The position numbers were made by a program, and so were the translations under genes. A stretch of DNA of 64,000 bases. It comes from Monocercomonoides exilis PA203 (taxonomy: Eukaryota > Protista > Preaxostyla). Positions 25,103 through 35,714 of this stretch are shown in pieces. Location of the stretch: assembly GCA_001643675.2 (NCBI GenBank), contig LSRY02000029.1, positions 930,001-994,000 on the forward strand. Direction: 5' to 3'. The stretch's first letter is position 1, and each line of letters begins with the position of its first letter. The notes beneath the pieces were generated by a model that saw only the letters and a program-made list of their open reading frames with translations, made no database searches and was not told where the DNA came from.

Positions 25103-28100
25103 AAAAAAAAAAAAAAAAGGCAAATTCTGCATATTTGGTCTTTAAACTTTTTTTTTTAAATTGTTTATTTTTATTTTTAAGAATTTCCACTTCTTAATTT
25201 TATTTCAAATATTTCGATCATCCGATACATAATAACATTAATTAGTGAGTTTAACATATTTTTCTTTCAAATCCCTTTTTAGTAATGCAAATGCTCGAAT
25301 GAATAATGTGAAAGCTGATGTTATCATGGTTTTCTTGAGTTCTATATTCAGACCGATTCATTTTGCACAAATAGACCAGCTTTCTATTCATTATAAAAAC
25401 AGAGTTGTTGTCTCAAACCAATATAATATGGAAAAAATACTGGAGATGAGCATCACAGAAAAGTTTAATTGTTTGTTAAACGATGCTGTATTAGAATTGA
25501 AAATAGTTATTTTCTTCTTCTTTTGATTATTATTTTTTGAAGTATTTTTAATTGAACTTGAAGATTGAAATGAGGATGAACAAATGCAGAAAATCAAGAA
25601 AATGAATGAAATGATTAATGAAATGAATGGAAAAGAATTAAAATCAGTTTTCACAGAAGAACTGTATTACGACGTGGATAAAATGATGAAGATAGAAATA
25701 ATATCAATAGAAAATGCAATTTTCCAATTGAAACATATTGGATATTGCAAATTTTTGAAAAAAATGAATAGCATTTTCTTTGATAATTCTTTGCTGTGTG
25801 AAAGATTTAAAAAAGATAATGAATGAGGAATATGAAAAGAAAGGACATGAGAAAAATGAAAAGCTATTGATTGATCTTTGCGAAAGCAATCTATTTCTTG
25901 TATGTTCCTTATCATCTGAATCACTTTCGATTTGCATTTCTTGCCTTCTAAAAGTTGCCATAAATCAGAAGAAAAACGAGGAAATGCAAAATAAAGTGAA
26001 AGTGGCTTTGTTGACAATGTGCAATGTTGAATATTATGAATGAAATTTTCTTTTCTATTTTTTTTAACACTTTGAAATTTCTTTTTCTTTTTTTAAATGA
26101 AATGGTGAAAGAATTATTCGTATATAAAATGAAAGAGATATTAGAATATCATCAGGAATATGCAACTTGGCTCTTCCTCCATTTTAATCTGCCTTTGAAG
26201 TTTTGATTATCAGATGGGAGTAAAGATAAAGTTTGACATATCCTTTTGTTATAGAGCTGTTTTATGATTATAATTATAATTATTTTATTATTATTATTAT
26301 TTTTTTTTTGAGAATGACAGTAAAAGAATTGGAAGAACAAGCAAGAAACTTGGATTGGAAGAGAAAAGAATGGGAGGAAAGAGGAAATGAACAAAAGAAG
26401 AATAAAATTTTATTTGAATAACAGTGTGTAATAGAAAAGGAGCAGTTTAAGACTTGTTGAGAGCTGCGAATGTTGATGTTGTTTTGGAAAAGATTCATCT
26501 GCCAACAATGAACAATGAAACGAAGAATGAAAGCATGTGATTCTTCATTGCAATAACAAGGCAATAGAAATGAAAAATGAATGATGAAAAAGAATAAACG
26601 AAAAGAAATACAATCAAAATGGAGTTGCACGAAAAGAAGAACGAAGAAGTGCACGAAGAAATCATATTTGGTTTTCGTGAAATTTTGGAATTTTTATACA
26701 AAAAATATTCCAATCTTTATGAATTGCTGTTGACTATTTCTAATAATGTTGTGTCAGAAATTGAATTTTTTAAAATTTTAACTCTCAAAGCATATTTATG
26801 TGCTTTTTTTATATTTCAATAATAAAAAACATTCATGTTTTGCTTTTGAAATATCTTTTTTTATTACAATTGCAAAAAAAAAAAGTGAAACTCCTCGATA
26901 AAGAAAAGAAAATGAAAAGTGAACTTAAAATATTTTCAAATTTGTTTTTTCTTTTCATTCTGATGTCTTCCTAATAAATATCTTTTATGATAAAAAACTA
27001 TTTTCTATCATCCTCTCAAGCTGGTTTCATTCTTCTCTCATAGTAATCCTCATTCAACTTTGTTTCATTTCCTTTGATTTTTTTGTTGTTTTCCTGTTGC
27101 CTTTTTCTCTGCTTTCTTGGTATCTTTGCATGTTCTTTTTTGGGAAGGCCAGAACGAAAGCGAGAATAATAGTTGTTATTTGAAGATAAAATCGCAACTT
27201 CTCAAGAAATATCGTTTGTGAATCATATGCTAAGAGTTAATGAAAAAAAAAAGATGAATGATCGAAGTGAAACAATTAAAAAATATACATTCATATATCA
27301 TATTTAAATAGCATAATAATAAATTAATGGAATAAAACCTTGCAACAACAAATTCACAAAGCACATGCTGCATTTACAAGTTGTATTCATCACTTGCCAA
27401 TTTGGATATTTTTTGCTTCAAAAGCAAAATTAGCCTTTACTGTTCATCTTATTGAACGCTTGATTCAAGCCTTCTTCAAAAGAGATGCATCACATGCAAG
27501 CAGAAAAATTAAAGTCGAATTCATCAATTTTATCTGAAAAAGTTGAAATTAAAAAATATCATGAATAATTAATGAGATATTCAAAATGAATTACAAGAAA
27601 AAGCATAACTGGCTTCTTGTTTCGCATTGAAAAGTTTGTATTTGTGGATATAACAATAAATTACTCAACAAAGTTTGATAGAAGACATTGTACTCATTTC
27701 TTTGAAGAAAAAAGGAGATTTCTAAAAAATGAAAAGAATAATTATGGATTATTTTCAATGAAAAATGTTATTAACAACATTTTAAAAACCAAACTAGTTT
27801 ATAAAATCTTCTGCTTCTTTTTCAAGAAGTTTTGCTTCTCTGACTTGAAGTGACGTCAGTGACAGCAGTGACTTCCAGTGGCAAAAAAGATCAAAGTTAA
27901 GTTGATCTCGTCACCAAACCATTTTTCACTAAATTTTTCTTCAATATTTAAAATTTTTTAATCATTTTATTTCAAAAAATGTTTCAATTTAGGTCAATAT
28001 ATATTTTCTCACTTGATTGGAAAATAATCTCTTTCTTTTTTCGCAAAAATATAGAAAAATGAAATTTTATATAAATAAAGGTTCCGATCATAAAAAATTG

Positions 28101-28158
28101 TCCTGTCTGTCACCTGTGTCACTAAGTGGCAAAATTTGTCACTTGTCGCACAGGTCTA
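25025..28158. mobile_element. Non-autonomous hAT-like element with host-gene cargo
   Basis: 15-bp TIR TAGACCT(A/G)TGCGACA and an exact 8-bp TSD CCCTTTTG at 25017-25024 and 28159-28166. GTGAC/GTCAC subterminal repeats lie near 27850 and 28110-28145. Confidence 0.88.
25428..26760 (+). pseudogene. Decayed member of a helical Glu/Lys-rich multigene family (cargo of the hAT-like element)
   Basis: EMSITEKFN|LFLIELED*NEDEQMQKIKKMNEMINEM..IENAIFQLKHIGYCK..KNEKLLIDLCE..SICISCLLKVA, with intron 25471-25542 (GTTTGT..AAG), a premature TGA at 25566-25568 and frameshifts. Confidence 0.75.
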
Positions 28159-28728
28159 CCCTTTTGTTAGAAAATACCAAACGTCATATCAGAAAATACT
28201 AACCATTGCTGTTTAATGAAAAAAACAGAAATATATTTCTTGAAATAATGAAATATGCTTTTGTGCTGCTGCTTTTTGATATTTCACGAAATTTTGGAGT
28301 GTAAAAATAAGAAAAAATTAAGTTGAGGGTCGAACTTGTAAAAATTATTTTCATTCAGAAAAATATCAAGGTTGCAAAGAAATTATATCTCCAGGAATAA
28401 ATAGATGTCGTGTGTATTAATGGAATGTTATTTCATTTATATTTAAAAATCTGAAAGTGTTAGCATTCGCATTGTCACAATAACTTAAACTTTTGAATTG
28501 CCATATCTATTATTTATCAATGCATGATAGCAAAGACAAATGAAGGGAATTCTGAATTTCAAAACGTTTATTTGTAATTTTTTTGTTCTTATTTGAAATT
28601 CATTTTGGATTTATCAGAATAATAATCGATAAGAGAATCGCAGTCTTCAACAAAAATGCACAAATTGCATCTTCGAAGTGTCCTTCATTTTTATTCATTC
28701 ATGTGACCTGATCATATTTTATCAATTA

Positions 28729-28995
28729 GGGGAAAATACGGACTTTCAAGCTTTTTATGCACAAAACATGAAAAAATTGTTTCACACATAACTTTGTTTC
28801 GCTTTCTCAGATTTCAAAATAAATTTGATTTTCATATCCGTAAACAGGCATCGTTGAAATCAAAGCATCAAGTTTTCAACATTTCACGAATGTCAAAAAA
28901 CGAACCCAATTTTGTTGTGTTTTTTGATAGAAAAAAAGTCAATGAAAAGTGCATAATTTTTCAATGAAAAAGCCTGAAGTCAAATATTTTGTCCC
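28729..28995. mobile_element. MITE-like element (~265 bp) with imperfect GGG...CCC TIRs
   Basis: GGGAAAATACGGACTTTCAAGCTTTTT pairs imperfectly with AAAAAGCCTGAAGTCAAATATTTTGTCCC. A diverged inverted partial copy lies at 51863-52046. Confidence 0.6.
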
Positions 28996-29683
28996 AATTG
29001 TCAAATGTTCAAAGAACCTTTTAAAATGAAAGAAACAATCTTAACCATTCAGCGAATCAGCAAAGGCATTTATTAGTAATTGGTTGTTTGATATTTAGCT
29101 TGAAATCTAATATTTCAAAAAGATTTACCTTTTTTTTATTCGAACTTGCTTCGAAAACGAAGAAGAAGGTTCATCATAACAAGTTTGTGAACATTTTCCA
29201 TTAGAAATTTTTCTTTGAATTACCAACTCTGAATTTGAATACACGATCGTGCAGCAATCAAAGGCTATTTTGGTGATTCTGTGGAAATTGTTAATTATCA
29301 TGATTCAAACAGTCAGTGAAATAACTTTTTTTCTTTTCAATGATATCTTAGACCTTCTGAGATGCTTAGCAGAAATACAAAGATATTTGAATCTGTTTTT
29401 TCTACAAATGTTGAGTGAAATCTGATTTGTTTTCACTTCTATATCATCTTTAGCATCTCTTAGATATGCAAAAGGAAATTATAAATATTCTAATAAGGTT
29501 TAAGTGTATCAATATCTTTTTGGAATAACAAATGCTCATGATGTGATTTATAAATGTTTTGTTTCAAAAAGTTATTGGTAAGCTTTTCTGAAATGTTATA
29601 TAAAAAATATAAAGCAAAAAAGAACAAATTCATATGAAATATCTTTGTTCTTTGAAACAAAAAGATTACAAACTGATTTTCAT

Positions 29684-31337
29684 TCAAACTTTGACTTTCT
29701 TTTCTTTTCCTGCATCACCTTTTATTCCAACTGTGTTCTCATGTGAATCACGCTCATCTGTTGTTCTGAACATGTTGAAGTCTGTTAATGAAGGCTGAAA
29801 CAGATTATAAATTGCAACTTTTTCCAGTAAATCTTCAACTTCGTTAATAACTTTATGACTATCTTTGGGTGGTGAATTGTCTTCAATGAACTCTTTTAAC
29901 ATATTCCACATTTTATTTGCCTCTCCAATTGTTTTGACTTTTCTTTTTCTTCCTTCTTCATCAACTTTCACCTTCAAGGCTATTTCATCTTCGGAAACAT
30001 TCGACTTTGATATTATTGAATCAACAATCTTTTCTTCGGATAGAATTTCTCTTGTTATTTCGTGATCTTCAGCCGAGCAAAATTCCTCGGCAATTATTTC
30101 GAAAAGATCACTGTCTCTGGTTTTCAATTTTTCAAACAGCACATTATTCTCGTTTATTTCATCTTCCTCGATATTCACAATTTCTTTTTCTTTTTCTTTA
30201 GCAGGATCCCATTCCGCATGCTTGCAACAATTTTCTATTGTTTCCTTTTTAGCTTTTTTCCAAGCTTTTTCCACCATGTTTAAAACTTCCAGCATTGTAA
30301 TCTTCGTTGCAACCCCACATTCAACTTTTGCCAGTTTTTTTTCTAAGAAATAGACATTTATAGAAGTGTTTAAAGACTTTGATAATACCTGCGTCCATTG
30401 GTTGGATAATGGACGTTTCATTAGGATGCAAATAAAATAATGAAACATGAGACAAATTGACACTATCTACACTATGAGCTGCACAGTTGTCGACAATTAA
30501 CGCAATTTTCCTATGTGAAATGGACATTTTTTCGTTAAGTCTTTTGACGTAATCATTAAAAATGACTTCATTCATCCGTGACTTTTCTGGATGATAATAA
30601 AGGGTTGGTAAGAATTTTCCTTTCAAACATCTTGGCGATTTTGATTTGCCGATCACAAGAGGGCACAGCTTTTCTCCTGTCATACTTGCGGCAAGAAGAA
30701 CAGAAACCCTATCTTTCGATTGTTTGATTCCAGAAACCGAACAACTGCCTTCGGTAAAAGTTTGTTTCGCTGATTGATTGTAAAATAAACCTTATTCATC
30801 TGCGTTGAATATGTTGTTCTCCCCATATTGATTTAAAATTGCATGTAAAGTTATATCTATCCATTTAGCGGCACTGTCCTTGTCTGCAGACAATGACTCT
30901 CCAACAATTTTCTTTGAAGTTATATCGTGTCGCATTCTCCATCGTTCTATCCAACTATCCCAGTTGCGTTCTGAAGGATTTTTGTAGTGAAATTGATTGG
31001 CGAAATACTGTGTTTTCTCTAAAAGCATTCTTCCATCAATAGCCATTTCAGGGTTTGAAGACCTTATTTGTCGAAACCAAATAATCATCGCTTCGTCTAA
31101 CTCTGGATATATCGTTGGTCGAATTCGAAATGTGATGTCAGGCTTAATAACAGATGAACTTTGTTTTAATATTGCTTCTTTGTTTTTCAATATTTTTGCA
31201 ATTGTTGAGAAATCAATATTAAAATCTTTTACAATGATATTTCTTGGTTGAGGAGGGTTCGAACTCAACTTGTTGATGATATCTAATTTTTGAACAAAAG
31301 AAAGTTTTGTTCTTTTATTTACACCTGTTGTTTTCAT
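29684..31337 (-). pseudogene. pogo/Tigger (CENP-B-like, DDE_1) transposase pseudogene
   Basis: HTH-psq and CENP-B HTH, then IFNADE*GLFY (in-frame TAA at 30792-30794), GEKL..LVIGKSKSPRC, LIVDNCAAH and TSIIQPMDAGII (DD31D spacing), with a frameshift in the A-run near 30340. Confidence 0.92.
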
Positions 31338-31633
31338 TTAAACTTTTAGAATTTCGAATTTCAATTTGTAGAATATAGTTCAAAAACGTTAGAAATATTT
31401 CATGAAAATTAACCATATTGGTCAATATTAATTTCTATCAAACAATTAATTATTAATTAATTCATATTCGTTGGATATTTTAAAAATTAAAAACAAAAAA
31501 TTTCACCCATATTAAAATAAAATGTGATTATATATTTTTAGCTCTGTGATAATATGCGATGAAAAATGAATGAAAAAAAGGAAAAAATGTTCGTGCATGG
31601 AAAAATGTGATTATAAACGAATGTGATAATATG

Positions 31634-31660
31634 CGATGTGATTATATCCGGTTTTGACTG
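31634..31660 (-). mobile_element. pogo 5' TIR followed by TA target site
   Basis: ...GGTTTTGACTG|TA lies ~300 bp upstream of the transposase ATG, with subterminal GTGATTATA/GTGATAATATGCGA repeats at 31520-31650. Confidence 0.85.
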
Positions 31661-31805
31661 TAATCACAATTGTTTTGTAAACAAATGTTTCAGCATAAAT
31701 AAAGATGAAGATGTTTCTTATAGACCTTTTCGTTTTTCAGTGTTATTTTGTTTGATATTCATGAAAATTTTTCGAATCGAAAATTTTGACAACAAAATAT
31801 GAAAT

Positions 31806-32045
31806 GTCAAAAATTTTTTTAAAAGTTCTTTTTGTTGAATTTTCAAATAGAATTAAAATTACATATTTCGATCAAATTTCTGTTTCCACTCGCCAGATTT
31901 CATGAGAATGAATATTATTGCATTATCGAAAATTTGTTTCCATCACTGATTAATTTTGTCTATGTGAACAGAAATTTGATCGAAATATGTTATTTTTATT
32001 CTTTTTGAAAATAAAACAAAAGGAACATTTCAAAAATTTTTTGAC
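31806..32045. mobile_element. MITE 'M1' (240 bp, ~79-bp imperfect TIRs)
   Basis: GTCAAAAATTTT...CATATTTCGATCAAATTTCTGTT is inverted at 31967-32045. It is flanked by AAAT and ATAT, and its interior resembles MITE 51434-51670. Confidence 0.8.
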
Positions 32046-32699
32046 ATATGGCACTTTCTTTTTGAAAAATCAGATCTCTTCCCGTTATAGTTTTTTGTTT
32101 CATAAATAATAATGTATCACAAAACAACAACTGACCATTTATCTATTTATCACAAGCGAAACACATTTCTCAATTTTTGTTTTTTTCCGTGAACCTAAAT
32201 AGCTTTTATCAAATAATTTTTTAAAGGGAAATTGTGATGAAATCGATTTATCAAATATTTATCTATCCAAATAGTATTCAAGATTTTTTTATGTTGAATG
32301 TGATTCACATTTATTTAATATATGTCTCATGTTGCGTGTATGTTATGTGTTTGTTTTTTGCACGTTTTAATGAGCAATGTTTCGATTTTCTTCATAAACG
32401 AACCACAAGCCAAAGCTGTTCCTTTATTTACGTAAATCAATCAGTTATTTTATTTATGAAAATGTTTGCAATTATATTTATCAATTAATATCTTGAAATC
32501 AGTTTTTTTTAATGCATAAAAGATTGAATTGGAACTGGAAGATTCACTGTTCTTGTCTTTATTGTGAGGAGCAAATTGAAAGAAAGAAATGGCAGTTGTT
32601 TAACTTTAAGAAAAGGGAATGAGAGCAACCATGTTTCTGTTCTTTGTAACGATTGGAGCACCTCATTTATTTGATGAAAGCAAACTTCATTTTCAATCA

Positions 32700-33282
32700 C
32701 TGGATTATCTGAGTCCACTCATCTCATTATCTCATAGCACATATCATGCAAATACAGCCCCACTTCGATTGCTTTTCAAACTCCGACACTTCGTCCAAAT
32801 AATCAACTGCCACAATCGTTGTCACTTCCTCTGATTGCTCATGTCCAAATGGAAATGGAACAGGCTCACTTCCTCCTTCATCAGCGTTTGAGGATTGTGA
32901 AGACAAAAGGAAGGAGTGTTTGAGGTGGAAGGCACCTGAATTGCAGATGAACAAGAAGATGGGGGCAACAAAAGAATCAGTTGTGTTTTCGATTGGGATG
33001 ATGCTGTGGGAGTGTTTGACGATGCATATTCCGTTTGGTGATTATGAGGCAGAGGTGGCCGGGCAGAAGATAGCGAACAGGAAGAGACCCAGCTCCTCCA
33101 CAACGAAAGGAAGTTCGATCGTGGATATTATGAATGGATACTTATCGACAGAAGGGAATGTGAGGCTAACTCTTTTGTGCCTGAAGAAAGAGTTTATCCA
33201 GTGCTTTCCAATTTGAGAAGCTATTCTGACAGTCCCCGTATCAATTACAACCTGTAAACAACAGAGTATGGCAAACAAAGCA
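32700..33282 (+). pseudogene. Tyrosine-kinase-like kinase C-lobe fragment, ending at the insertion site of element D
   Basis: LRWKAPEL..VFSIGMMLWECLTMHIPFG..KRP corresponds to kinase subdomains VIII-X. No N-lobe is present. Confidence 0.8.
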
Positions 33283-35714
33283 GGCATAGGTCTAAATTGT
33301 ACCAGTAGCGAATTTGACGTTTTTTAATTATATTTCACTGTAATATTAATAAACGTAATTAATTAACTCTATATTATCGAGAAAATCTATGAAATTTAAC
33401 TTTGAAAAACAATAATAAAAATTCATGATCGGACCCATAAAATATTTATATATTTTTCCTTTTTAGTTTTATGTACTTATTCGCTCTATATTTTGAATAT
33501 AAAATTTTGCAATTGTCTTGTTTTTCTGTTTTTGCATGACTTCTACTCAAAAAGAATGGACTAGTTTATGTTTTGTTTTCTTTTTTTTTATATAAACATT
33601 CTGTGCATTTTGAAAAGAATGCATAGAATAAAAAATTTTTAATAAAAACCGTTTGAAAAACATTGCAATTTAATTGAGAAAAATTCATACACAAACCTTC
33701 ATTGTTCTCCGTCTTGCGATGTGGATGTTCCAGTGCAAAATTTTCTTGAATCTGTTTCCAACTCAACCTTGATCCCTCCACCACTGCCACTCACACACAT
33801 TCAATCGTCAATAGTCACATTCTGAACAGTAAATATCTTTCCAGCCTTCACACTCTTTGCAGCAGCCACACCATCTCCTTCAGTCAACTTCACATTCGTC
33901 ACCTTCACATTCACCAACATGCTCTCTCCTGATGCTGTGGCTGTCAGATACAGTGCAGATGACGACAATGAAGAAGAAGAAGAAGAAGAGAGATCCGGCT
34001 CAGAGAACAATGGTTTTGAGACATTCATATTTATGATCTCCCCATCAACCATCGACAGCTGTGACAGCGGCACCACAAACACTGACGACGACAACACATA
34101 GTTTCCTGTTTTGCTCGTGGCGATCACAACATCCTCCAATGAGAGTGACCCACCTCCATCAGACACCACAACCACGCTCGGTGAAGGATTTGCACTTGAG
34201 TTGCAATCAACCTTCAAATGACTCATTTCAAGATAACCTGTAGACACACTGAATAGCGCTCCAGTTGATGAAAGGGCTCCTGTTCCAATCGAACTCTTAT
34301 CTTTGCCTTTCCCAATGACTGAAATCTTCTTTTCTCCAATTGCAATGGTTGTTGCCTCACTTATGTGATCCCCGTCCATTAATGTGATTGCCAAACTAAT
34401 TTGTATCTCACACATCTCATACGCTTTCTTCACAGTCAGACAAGGAAATGCTTCATTTGCTCCACATAGCTCTAAATTGTCATTCCCATTCACTGACACA
34501 TAAATCAATTTGTCTTTCAGCCAATTCTTCTTTTCTGTGTGCTGACATGACAAAAAACCTGTATTTGCATAATTATATCCTAAGCACACTCTCTTGTCAT
34601 CTGTGTTTGTGGTGTAACATTCAAAGAATGGATTGTAAGACGAAAATAGGTTGTTAGCATCTTGAAAATACACATCATTTCCAAATGGAATGGAAGTGGT
34701 TGTACATTTGCATTCATGAAAGAATAAAAAATAGCAATAAACGCTGTAGCTTGGAGTTGTTTGTTGAGAGGTGTAAAAGTACAGTCCTCGGCCATGCGAT
34801 ACTGTTGAACATGAAATGAACGGTATGCTCCTCATTTTCAATGTGACTGGAATATTTGAGCAATTCATTCCTCCTCCATAATTTCTTGCTAGTGAGAAAG
34901 AAGAAAATGAGCATTCAAACACACAAGCACTCTCCCCTTTCCCACTTTCTGCTCCGATACATCCAGAACTAGAAACCTGAAAAGAATAAAGATAAAGCCC
35001 TCCTCCTATTCTATCTGCTTTGTATTTTAAAAATTCTCAACCACTGATCCTGACACACTCCTGAACCGGATAAACCATAATCTCTCCTCCTTCATCTTTT
35101 TCGGCAACACATCCATTGCACGAATTATTCTCAGCCTTGACTGAACTTATCGAATAGAAAAAAATTCCTCCACCATCACAATGCGCATGGCAATCATTGA
35201 ACGAACAAAATTTCACCGAAAGTGTTCCCGAACCAGGCTATGCATGTAAATCGCTGCTCCATTTGTTATTCCATCTGAAACTGAATAATTTGTAAAATTT
35301 GTTTTTGATCCATTCCTCTAATCCCAAAATAAAGAATTCAATTCAAAGGATGTTTCGCTTCAGACAAAAATTCTTTATCATCAAGCAAGAATCATATTTC
35401 GAATAGATTTTGATTACGAAAAATATTACACATATCAATTTAAATAAATAATAGATATACAAAGAATTATATTTTTCACAATCATTATCTTTGCTGATAA
35501 CAACCAAATTTCTCCATTTCACCCCAAAAACAAAAAAGGAAAAATATATTAATATTTTATGGGTCCGATCATGAATTTTTATTATTGTTTTTCAAAGTTA
35601 AATTTCATAGATTTTCTCGATAATATAGAGTTAATTAATTACGTTTATTAATATTACAGTGAAATATAATTAAAAAACGTCAAATTCGCTACTGGTACAA
35701 TTTAGACCTATGCC
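33283..35714. mobile_element. Non-autonomous long-TIR element 'D' (GG...CC ends, 8-bp TSD; Merlin- or MULE-like) with host-gene cargo
   Basis: 164-bp perfect TIR (33283-33446 / 35551-35714) extending to ~187 bp with few mismatches. Exact TSD ACAAAGCA at 33275-33282 and 35715-35722. Confidence 0.92.
33700..35300 (-). pseudogene. Beta-helix/Pmp-like surface protein gene fragment (cargo of element D)
   Basis: 373-aa open stretch (33801-34922) with YGGG, CYFLFFHEC..GNDVYFQD and IYVSVNGND..CG..PCLTVKKA. The upstream part is frameshifted and the 3' end is truncated. Confidence 0.8.

Noticed and set aside
25072-25118. Long poly(A) tract as a retrocopy tail
   Set aside because: It lies upstream of the same-strand cargo gene, which retains an intron, and it has no TSD of its own.
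30792-30794. In-frame TAA in the pogo transposase as evidence for TAA/TAG=Gln recoding, which is known in some oxymonads
   Set aside because: The position is normally Thr/Ser (NADE[TS]G), so a TCA>TAA mutation suffices. The gene also has a frameshift, long host ORFs lack internal TAA/TAG, and 5111-7126 ends in TAA.
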